A stretch of 39,913 nt of DNA. Origin: Cytophagales bacterium (lineage in GTDB: Bacteria > Bacteroidota > Bacteroidia > Cytophagales > Cyclobacteriaceae). The notes below the pieces were generated by a model. The model did no database searches and was not told where the DNA came from. It was given only the letters and a program-made list of their open reading frames with translations. The stretch spans positions 1 to 39,913 of the forward strand of contig JAHEMV010000002.1 in assembly GCA_024643455.1 (NCBI GenBank). The letters run 5' to 3'. The position numbers and the translations under genes are program-made. Within the stretch, counting starts at the first letter, position 1, and each line of letters begins with the position of its first letter. Shown piece by piece: positions 8,971-16,836 of the stretch.

Positions 8971-9264
8971 ATGGAACAGACACTTTTATTAACCCCTAAC
9001 AAATTTGACATTCACAATATTCAGTTCAAAAAGGAAGAAGTACTTAATTCAGAATTAGAAAAACATGAATTAAGAACAAAACTGGTATCAGCAATGAAGC
9101 TAGGTAATAATCATAGACAGAAAGTACGGATTCAATTCTTAAATGCTGCAAATGAAATATTGGAAATTAAGGCAAAAGTATGGTCTGTTACTGAAAAATA
9201 TGTAATACTGAAAAATAGCATTATGATCCCTATTGCCAGTATTAAAAATGTTGACTACATTTAA
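8971..9264 (+). CDS. Hypothetical protein (97 aa)
   Basis: ORF with ATG at 8971; the track starts at TTG 8962. A TAnnTTTG box (TACATTTG, 8891-8898) lies upstream and a strong hairpin terminator lies immediately downstream. No family recognised. Confidence 0.45.
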   Translation: MEQTLLLTPNKFDIHNIQFKKEEVLNSELEKHELRTKLVSAMKLGNNHRQKVRIQFLNAANEILEIKAKVWSVTEKYVILKNSIMIPIASIKNVDYI

Positions 9265-9290
9265 TTAAAATTGTTTTACCTAAACACCCC

Positions 9291-9325
9291 AATGGGAAGC
9301 AAAAAGCTTCCCATTTTATTTTATT
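9291..9325. terminator. Bidirectional intrinsic terminator between convergent genes
   Basis: Perfect 10-bp stem AATGGGAAGC (9291-9300) / GCTTCCCATT (9306-9315) with loop AAAAA, followed by TTATTTTATTT. It sits between the stop at 9264 (+) and the stop at 9316 (-). Confidence 0.7.
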
Positions 9326-11220
9326 TCCAATTCAAAACCCTCTTCAGGTTTAATTGGAGTTCCGATTGAAATACTGCTCGAACCATAGACTGTGATCATC
9401 CCAACCGTAAAATCCGTTTCGTCTGCTTCATAAATGTTGTCAACATACTTTTGTGGATTTCTGTCGATATAAGGAAACCACGTACTATGTATCTGTATCA
9501 TTACTTTATGTCCCTTTTTAAAAGTATGGAGGATATCCTGAAGTGGAAAATTAACTTCTTCTTTATGATTTGGCACAAATGGTTCAGGATGCTCAAAACT
9601 ATGACGGAATCGTCCGCGCATGGCTTCATGGCGAACCAGTTGCTGATATCCACCCATAGTGATATAATCCGGTGTTGCTTTTGTGGACGGTTCATCCGGA
9701 GGATATACATCTATTAGTTTTACAATAAAATCAGCATCATTTGTAGACATAGAAATGACAAGTTTTACTAAAATTTCTCCTGCAAGAGTCAGATCGCTTG
9801 TAAGTGGATCTGTTTCAAAAGTGAGCACATCAGGCCGAGTTGAAGCATGTCGCTGGTCATCCGTCATAAATGGCCTTGGTGTACTACGAATGGGCGCGAT
9901 CTCTGACCGGTATGGAACTGGTTTATTCGGATCGCTGATGTAGGTAAAACTTGCTTCACTACCAGGTTCTTCATTGATAAGCAGCTTACCATTGGCTTGA
10001 AATTTTAAAATAGTCTCGGGTATTTCAACTGGCGGCCAATGATCAAATGTTTTCCATATTTTGGTTCCTGTATCAAACATATATGCCTCAGGAAGAGCGG
10101 GTTTACCTTTCCCTTTTAAATAATAATTAAAGAATGGAAGCTCAATATTGCGCTGATAAAAAGTTGAAACGCTATCTCCGAAATAAATATGATTTACTGC
10201 CTGATATCCCTTCTCCCTGGACCAGTCTCCATGACTCCATGGCCCCATGACAATATTATTTTTGCTTTTAGGATTATTTTTTTCGATTGTCTTATAAATA
10301 TTTAACGGTCCGTAAAGATCTTCTGCATCAAACCATCCTCCGACAACAAGCACAGCATGGTCGATATCAACTAAATGTGGCAAAATATTTCTACTTTGCC
10401 AGAAAACATCATAGTTTGGATGCTCTGTGATCTGTTTCCAAAAAAAATCATTCGGGTAATACTGTTTTACATTTTTGAGTGGCCCGAGATTTAAATTAAA
10501 TTGGTAAGCATCTTTTGTGTCACCTAACTCCATTAATTTTTCCCTGGGACCTCCATACCATTGTGTGGTTGTTAAAGTATCTTTTTGATAACCAAAAACG
10601 GGGAAAATCGGCAAATAACTTTGGACGAAAGTACCCATATGATGAAAATCGTCGAAATAAAAATCTGAAATAGGGGCCTGTGGCGAAGAAGCCACTAAGG
10701 CAGGGTGAGCCTCTGGCAATGCAGCAGCCGTATAAAAGCCAGGATAAGAAATCCCCCATTGTCCTACTTTTCCATTGTTGTTTTCAATGTTTTTTAATAA
10801 CCATTCAATCGTATCAAATGTATCACTACTCTCATCAATATCAACTTTATTTTCCTTATCATTACCTGGAACATGGGGGCGCATATTATCAAAAGTCCCT
10901 TCAGACATATATCTGCCTCGTACATCCTGATAAACGAAAATATATCCTTCTTTCATCAAAAAAGCGGATGGCCCTAGCTTATTGGGATAAGAGTCCTTTC
11001 CATACGGAGCTATGCTATAGCATGTGCGGTTCATTAGAAATGGATAGGATTGTTTTTTATTTTTAGGAGCATAAACTATTGTAAATAATTTTACTCCATC
11101 TCTCATTGGGATTTGATATTCTGCTTTTGTATAATTTTTAACTACATAATTATCATCCGCACTAATAACATGGTTGAAACTCAGTAAAACAAAAAGATGA
11201 AAAAGGATTACAAATCTCAT
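9316..11220 (-). CDS. CocE/NonD family hydrolase / Xaa-Pro dipeptidyl-peptidase (peptidase S15)
   Basis: 634-aa ORF with a signal peptide (FVILFHLFVLLSFNHVISA). Nucleophile elbow GISYPGFY. The length and the C-terminal beta-sandwich region are typical of S15 X-Pro dipeptidyl peptidases. Confidence 0.85.
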   Translation of the reverse strand: MRFVILFHLFVLLSFNHVISADDNYVVKNYTKAEYQIPMRDGVKLFTIVYAPKNKKQSYPFLMNRTCYSIAPYGKDSYPNKLGPSAFLMKEGYIFVYQDVRGRYMSEGTFDNMRPHVPGNDKENKVDIDESSDTFDTIEWLLKNIENNNGKVGQWGISYPGFYTAAALPEAHPALVASSPQAPISDFYFDDFHHMGTFVQSYLPIFPVFGYQKDTLTTTQWYGGPREKLMELGDTKDAYQFNLNLGPLKNVKQYYPNDFFWKQITEHPNYDVFWQSRNILPHLVDIDHAVLVVGGWFDAEDLYGPLNIYKTIEKNNPKSKNNIVMGPWSHGDWSREKGYQAVNHIYFGDSVSTFYQRNIELPFFNYYLKGKGKPALPEAYMFDTGTKIWKTFDHWPPVEIPETILKFQANGKLLINEEPGSEASFTYISDPNKPVPYRSEIAPIRSTPRPFMTDDQRHASTRPDVLTFETDPLTSDLTLAGEILVKLVISMSTNDADFIVKLIDVYPPDEPSTKATPDYITMGGYQQLVRHEAMRGRFRHSFEHPEPFVPNHKEEVNFPLQDILHTFKKGHKVMIQIHSTWFPYIDRNPQKYVDNIYEADETDFTVGMITVYGSSSISIGTPIKPEEGFELEIK

Positions 11221-11328
11221 ATGTTGGAATATTTAGATAAAACGCATCGAACAATTGACAAAAATAATCAAATTAGCAATTGTACTGTTGTTTGTTCATT
11301 TTTTATGTAGTAAGACCATCATTATAAA

Positions 11329-13131
11329 ATGTTTAAAAAATTATTCTTATTAGTTGTACTTATAGGTCTAGCAATTTCCTTTTGGGTGGTTCCAAATTTT
11401 AAGGAAATATCCACAGGTGTTGCCTTTCTGCTATTTGGAATGGTTTCGTTGGAAATTGGATTCAAATCCTTTGCTGAAGGATCATTAAAAAAACTACTCG
11501 CCAAGGCTACGGATAAGTTTTACAAAAGCTTTACTGTTGGCATGGTTTCTACAGCATTATTGCAATCAAGTTCATTGATTTCGGTAATCACCATTTCTTT
11601 TTTGAGTGCCGGGCTAATCACACTTTTTCAGGGAATAGGAATCATTTATGGGGCAAATCTTGGAACTACTGCTACTGCTTGGCTGGTAGCCACGATGGGA
11701 TTGAAACTTGATATTGCCGCCCTTGCCATGCCGATGATAGTATTTGGTATTGTTCTTTTTCTGCAATCGCGTCGTACACTCAAAGGACTTGGAAATATCC
11801 TTGCCGGACTAGGGTTTTTCTTTTATGGAATTGCATTGATGAAAGGAGGTTTTGAAGCTTATCAAAATGCATTTGACTTCACAGCGCACAATATGGAGGG
11901 AATATGGGGAGATCTTTTCTTCGTATTTATTGGCATCATCATGACCATAATTTTACAAAGCAGCAGTGCTACTATAGCTATCATATTAACAGTATTGGCA
12001 GTAGGTCAGATTAATTATGTAAATGCACTTGCGTTAGCTATTGGTGCCAATGTAGGAACAACCATCACAGCCATCATAGCAGCTATGGCGTCAAACATTG
12101 ATGGTAAGCGAATCGCTGTTGCACACTTTTCATTTAAATTCATTACAGGGCTTATAGCCTTTATTTTTTTAAAACAACTTGGATGGCTGGTGGATGAACT
12201 AGCTACTTTTATGCATATCGGTCCACAGGATTACACATTAAAGCTTGCGATTTTTCACACAGTATTTAATCTGCTGGGCATCATTATGTTGAGTCCATTT
12301 ACTTCAATCATAGTTCGCTTGTTGCAAACGTATATTAAGGACAAAAAGCATCAGTCTAATATGCCACTTTACCTCAATGATGCTGCGCTGGCTTTCCCTC
12401 AATCAGCTTTACAGGTTTTGCTTAAAGAAACCAAACATCTTTTTACACTATGTTTTGAAGCTATAGCGCATGGTCTTGGTTTATCCAGAACAACTATGCT
12501 GAATAAAAAAGAAATGAAATCCCTGGATAAAGATGTTAAGTACGATGTGAATATCGATGAGATATATTACGAACGGATAAAAAACATCTATGGTGAGATC
12601 ATCAAATTTGCTATAAAGGCGCAGAGGAAATATTCTGACTCCAAATACAATTTTGCAATCAATGGAATTATGGAAGCAAACCGATATTTTATTGAGGTGG
12701 TTAAGGATGTAAAGGATCTTCAGCCCAATGTACTTAAGTATTGTGCATCAGAAAATGACATTATACGACAGGAATACAACAATATCAGGAAACGAATAGC
12801 CAAGTTCATTAGGATTATTTTCCAATATCAGGAGTTTAAACTACCTAAACCCATGAAAGAAGAGGATGTTCATCAGCTTGAAAAACGAATCAACGAGGAG
12901 CGAACCCACCTGAATAATTATATCGAAAAGCTGAAAACCAATGATCTCCTATACAATGGTTCATTAAACAAATTGATAAGTGAAAATGCGCTAACAAGTG
13001 AAATGGTAACTTCATTGATCAATGATAGCCGGATTACCAATTCGATCAACAAACACCTGATGAAAGCAACCGAATTGCTATACATCAATACGAGTGAATT
13101 ATTGGTTGAAAACCATGAAGATCAGGAATAG
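11329..13131 (+). CDS. Na/Pi cotransporter family protein with C-terminal PhoU-like region
   Basis: 600-aa ORF. Two internally repeated membrane modules each carry the QSSS motif (LLQSSSLISVITI and ILQSSSATIAIIL) plus GANLGTT / GANVGTT. The C-terminal ~250 aa are hydrophilic and helical. Confidence 0.9.
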   Translation: MFKKLFLLVVLIGLAISFWVVPNFKEISTGVAFLLFGMVSLEIGFKSFAEGSLKKLLAKATDKFYKSFTVGMVSTALLQSSSLISVITISFLSAGLITLFQGIGIIYGANLGTTATAWLVATMGLKLDIAALAMPMIVFGIVLFLQSRRTLKGLGNILAGLGFFFYGIALMKGGFEAYQNAFDFTAHNMEGIWGDLFFVFIGIIMTIILQSSSATIAIILTVLAVGQINYVNALALAIGANVGTTITAIIAAMASNIDGKRIAVAHFSFKFITGLIAFIFLKQLGWLVDELATFMHIGPQDYTLKLAIFHTVFNLLGIIMLSPFTSIIVRLLQTYIKDKKHQSNMPLYLNDAALAFPQSALQVLLKETKHLFTLCFEAIAHGLGLSRTTMLNKKEMKSLDKDVKYDVNIDEIYYERIKNIYGEIIKFAIKAQRKYSDSKYNFAINGIMEANRYFIEVVKDVKDLQPNVLKYCASENDIIRQEYNNIRKRIAKFIRIIFQYQEFKLPKPMKEEDVHQLEKRINEERTHLNNYIEKLKTNDLLYNGSLNKLISENALTSEMVTSLINDSRITNSINKHLMKATELLYINTSELLVENHEDQE

Positions 13132-13162
13132 CAAGCTTAAACCATGGCTTGTTCCAAATCTT

Positions 13163-13363
13163 TTATAACGCCTTGATAACCCTGAATGGGAAGAGCAAAA
13201 TTCCTCCTACTATTTTGAAGATTACTTCAATGGTAAATCCTAATATTTTGAATGGAATTAAGATAATCCATGCAAAGATAAATAAGAAAAAGAGTACGAT
13301 TGCCAAAGGCCAGCACAACACAAACAGGATACACCACAGTAAAATTGCAATAATGGATTTCAT
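13163..13363 (-). CDS. Possible small hydrophobic membrane protein (66 aa)
   Basis: MKSIIAILLWCILFVLCWPLAIVLFFLFIFAWIILIPFKILGFTIEVIFKIVGGILLFPFRVIKAL reads as two clean TM helices. The overlapping + strand ORF (13149-13379) is basic and low-complexity and looks like its antisense shadow. There is no homology evidence. Confidence 0.4.
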   Translation of the reverse strand: MKSIIAILLWCILFVLCWPLAIVLFFLFIFAWIILIPFKILGFTIEVIFKIVGGILLFPFRVIKAL

Positions 13364-13590
13364 ACAAAATATAGTTTGAATAAAGTTTTAGCAACTTTTA
13401 AACCTTTTTTCATATTCTTCATACTATCAATAAGTTATATTTTATTCCTGCCGACTCATAAAGAATATCGAACATTATTTTGTACAATAATGAACATCTG
13501 AAGCTGGTAATACTTGAATTTCCAGCCGAGTAAATCAATACTGAAAACGCAAAGAATATACTGAATGAATTTATACAAATATGCAATGTA

Positions 13591-14460
13591 TCAAAACTGA
13601 TGAAATGCCATGGAAACAAACTTAAGTACCTCAGGAAGTGAATCTCTCCAATACGTCCAGTTATGAGCACCATCACGCACTCTGTATTCATGTGCAACTT
13701 CCTTTTGTCTCATTGCAATATGTACTAAAGCATTCCCTTCATACAAAAAATCATCATCTCCGCAATCAATATACCATCGAACGGATTTGACCTGATCTAC
13801 AGGCATGGTATTGATCAGTTGTATTGCACTGTACTTTTGAAAATAATCATTAACCTGCTCTTTGGTATAGCTACGCTCTGATCTTCGTGTGAGCCAACTT
13901 TCTGCCTCTTCTAAATTAAGTGGTCCGGTACTGGCGCTCAATGGACAAGCAGATGAAAAGAGTTCAGGATGATGCAGCGCATACATAAAAGTACCGCCTC
14001 CTCCCATGGATAAACCGGAGACAGCACGATAGCGTTTATCATTTTTTATCCTAAATTCTTTCTCTACATAAGGAATTAACTCCTGAAAGAAGAAATCTTC
14101 ATAATTCCAGTCGCCTTTTGGATCATTGAAATACCCTCTTCTACCGGTATTCGCATCAGGCATAACAATAACCATAGGAGTGGCGTTTCCTTCCAAAATT
14201 GCTTTATCAGCTATATGAAGTACTTCACCAAACTGAACCCAACCTGTCTGGTCATCACCTGAACCGTGCAGGAGATACAGTACAGGATAACTTCGCTCAG
14301 ATGTTTCATAATCTGGCGGCAAGTAAACTGCAAATTTTCTATCACTTTTCAATATTTCACTTTTCAAAGAAAGATTATCATATACTTTTCCGTGTTGTGC
14401 AGAAGCTAAAAGAGATGGTAAAATGAATGCAAGCAAAAACAAATAGTGAAAAATTCTCAT
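13591..14460 (-). CDS. Secreted esterase (putative esterase / CE1-type alpha/beta hydrolase)
   Basis: 289-aa ORF with a signal peptide (LFLLAFILPSLLASA-Q). Contains YLLHGSGDD and the nucleophile elbow GLSMGGGG. Confidence 0.8.
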   Translation of the reverse strand: MRIFHYLFLLAFILPSLLASAQHGKVYDNLSLKSEILKSDRKFAVYLPPDYETSERSYPVLYLLHGSGDDQTGWVQFGEVLHIADKAILEGNATPMVIVMPDANTGRRGYFNDPKGDWNYEDFFFQELIPYVEKEFRIKNDKRYRAVSGLSMGGGGTFMYALHHPELFSSACPLSASTGPLNLEEAESWLTRRSERSYTKEQVNDYFQKYSAIQLINTMPVDQVKSVRWYIDCGDDDFLYEGNALVHIAMRQKEVAHEYRVRDGAHNWTYWRDSLPEVLKFVSMAFHQF

Positions 14461-14816
14461 GGCAATGTTGTTTTAAATTATTCCTGGTTCTTCAAAAAAT
14501 AGTAGCTAAATATCGGAGAATAAAACCTTACAGCGAAATATAAATTTTATTATTTCGTATTCTGAAAAAAAATGAATTGAACATATAACATTTCAAAATT
14601 ATTATCTTCTATTCAAAAGTAATTGAATATAGCAATTTATCTCTGCCTAGAAAAACACTATTTTCAATCATATAAATACCTCATTATCTATAAGTTAATT
14701 AATGTATACTAATGCATTAATTAAATATTCATTCCATTTGAAATTTTAATAAACATGGGGAGGTGACCTTTTTGATTTTAAATCATAAAGGGTACAATCA
14801 TATACCCCACACCATT

Positions 14817-15242
14817 ATGGCAGAAGTAAAAAACCAGCAACTAAAAATTGAGAAATCAGGTGAAATATTTGAACGTGCCTGTGTTAGTTTTGAAGTTTGT
14901 TTCACATCCCGAGAAATATCTGAAAACATTCAATTTGGCATTTTCATGTTATTGATGGAGCGTGATGAAGAATTTGAAAAATATCACAACTCAACCAATG
15001 GAGTGTTTTCTTTTAGTTTTTCGCCTTTTCAACTTACCAATACTGGAAACCATATATGTTGGATGGCTAACAAATCAATCCAACCCAATGGTTCAGGAAG
15101 TACGTTTATTTCGTTTGAAAATGAAGTAATAACTTTAAATGAACTGTGCGATCAAAGTAATTATAGGGTTTATATTTTCGTGATGCCTGAAGTACTATGC
15201 GGACAGGCTTGGACCAATGAAGTCTGTGTTAATTACAAGTAA
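14817..15242 (+). CDS. Hypothetical protein (141 aa, 6 Cys), orphan
   Basis: ORF with ATG at 14817; the track starts at GTG 14763. It has no signal peptide and is followed by a strong intrinsic terminator. No family recognised. Confidence 0.5.
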   Translation: MAEVKNQQLKIEKSGEIFERACVSFEVCFTSREISENIQFGIFMLLMERDEEFEKYHNSTNGVFSFSFSPFQLTNTGNHICWMANKSIQPNGSGSTFISFENEVITLNELCDQSNYRVYIFVMPEVLCGQAWTNEVCVNYK

Positions 15243-15277
15243 GACTCCTTTTTAACATCAACCCATCAACCAACCTC

Positions 15278-15312
15278 AAATCCCCGGAAATTCTTTCCGG
15301 GGATTTTTACTT
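15278..15312 (+). terminator. Rho-independent terminator
   Basis: Perfect 12-bp stem AAATCCCCGGAA (15278-15289) / TTCCGGGGATTT (15295-15306) with loop ATTCT, running into a T-rich tail. Confidence 0.8.
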
Positions 15313-15334
15313 TTTAGAAACTAAATACTAATAA

Positions 15335-15805
15335 ATGTGTTTATTTCTCATGATGAATTGGAATGATGTATTAAAGTATGCCAATAATGGCAGCCCGAAG
15401 GCGGACCAAATAGTGTCGAAAAGTGATTCGGAATGGAAAGCACAGCTAACTCCGGAACAATACCGCATAACTAGAAAAAAAGGTACTGAAATGGCTTTTA
15501 CAGGTGAATATTGTGAGGCACACGAAGCGGGAAAGTATAGTTGTATTTGTTGTGAAACTCCACTTTTTGATTCTTCGATCAAATTCGATAGTCACTCTGG
15601 ATGGCCTAGCTTTACTGAACCCATCACTAATAATGTTATTAAATACCATAAAGATACCACAATGGGTATGGTCCGTGTTGAGGTACTTTGCAATGTTTGT
15701 GATGCTCATCTAGGTCATGTTTTTCCTGATGGCCCACTCCCAACAGGTTTACGTTTTTGTATCAATTCAGCTTCCATCCAATTAATTGAAGATTCCGGTT
15801 CTTAG
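15335..15805 (+). CDS. msrB: Peptide-methionine (R)-S-oxide reductase MsrB (cytoplasmic copy)
   Basis: CxxC pairs (CICC, CNVC), SGWPSF and catalytic RFCINS, with no signal peptide. The start could instead be the ATG pair at 15350/15353. Confidence 0.9.
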   Translation: MCLFLMMNWNDVLKYANNGSPKADQIVSKSDSEWKAQLTPEQYRITRKKGTEMAFTGEYCEAHEAGKYSCICCETPLFDSSIKFDSHSGWPSFTEPITNNVIKYHKDTTMGMVRVEVLCNVCDAHLGHVFPDGPLPTGLRFCINSASIQLIEDSGS

Positions 15806-15880
15806 AAGCGGTTTCAATTAATTGAATGGAAATACTCAACTATTCCATAGATTGGTTATATTCCTGTTATCTATACTAAA

Positions 15881-16672
15881 ATGATGAGCCAGTTTACTGA
15901 GACAATGCCTTTCCAGCATGCTGTGAATATTAATGAAGTTTTAGCAAACCTGGAATACATTATCCAAAATTCCATAAAGGACAATGACCGTCTTTGTTTA
16001 TTTGCATTGGTGTATCATGATACCACAAAAGCCATAAAAACCGCTATTGAAGATGGGCGATTTGAAAATTCCGACCGAATGGAAAAAATGGATGTCATCT
16101 TTGCCAACTTGTACATAAATGCTTATCAACAGTATCTTGAAAAGCAGACAGTATCGCATTCATGGGTTTTTGCTTTCAATTCAAAAAATGATTCTTTGGC
16201 CATAATTCAACATATTTTGCTGGGGATGAACGCTCACATAAATCTGGATCTTTCGGTTGCTGCAGCCACAATAGCTAAAGGTGCAGAAATTGTCAATCTG
16301 AAAAATGATTTTATGTTGGTGAATAAAATCTTAGCAGAATTGACCGATACCATGCAAAAAGGTTTGGGGAAAGTTTCCTTCTTCATGAAGCTTTTAGATC
16401 TCTTCGGATTTAGGAACGACGAAAAAATAATTGATTTTAGCATTAAAAAAGCCAGAGATTTTGCATGGATAAATGCCATGGAACTGGCACTATTAAATAA
16501 TAAAAGTCAGGAAGAAAGGATTAATGATATTGATATAAAAGTACTTGAATTGAGTAAAATGATTAAAAATCCACCAGGGCGATTTTTAAATTTAATTTTA
16601 AAATTAATTTCCAAATTCGAAAATAAAGACATGAGTAAATTAATCCATAAAATGAGAACAGGAACTGAATAA
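15881..16672 (+). CDS. DUF5995-like protein
   Basis: 263-aa ORF. FANLYINAY and LLGMNAHINLDL resemble the conserved blocks I associate with DUF5995. Assignment is from memory only. Confidence 0.5.
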   Translation: MMSQFTETMPFQHAVNINEVLANLEYIIQNSIKDNDRLCLFALVYHDTTKAIKTAIEDGRFENSDRMEKMDVIFANLYINAYQQYLEKQTVSHSWVFAFNSKNDSLAIIQHILLGMNAHINLDLSVAAATIAKGAEIVNLKNDFMLVNKILAELTDTMQKGLGKVSFFMKLLDLFGFRNDEKIIDFSIKKARDFAWINAMELALLNNKSQEERINDIDIKVLELSKMIKNPPGRFLNLILKLISKFENKDMSKLIHKMRTGTE

Positions 16673-16836
16673 TTACCAGTAGCAGATAAAATTTTAAAAT
16701 TAGACATCAATCTCTTTTAATAGAAAAAAAAACACTACCCTGAATACTTCTTTATTTTCAAAATCCATCGTCTGTAATTAATAATTTCTTAATTTTCCGA
16801 AAACAAATTTTAAGTCATTTTAATGAAGCAGTTGCA

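Noticed and set aside
10680-11066. 128-aa plus-strand ORF inside the S15 peptidase gene.
   Set aside because: It is antisense to a confident gene and has no motifs.
13149-13379. 76-aa plus-strand ORF overlapping the small hydrophobic minus-strand ORF.
   Set aside because: The product is basic and low-complexity (a mirror of a hydrophobic codon run). The minus-strand reading is the more protein-like of the two.
13419-13697. 92-aa minus-strand ORF overlapping the 3' end of the esterase gene in another frame.
   Set aside because: It overlaps a confident gene by more than 100 nt, has no motifs, and starts within AT-rich non-coding sequence.
14763-14816. GTG-initiated 18-codon extension of the orphan gene, preceded by GGAGG.
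   Set aside because: The GGAGG abuts the GTG with no spacing, and Bacteroidota rarely use Shine-Dalgarno pairing. I prefer the ATG at 14817, but the extension cannot be excluded.
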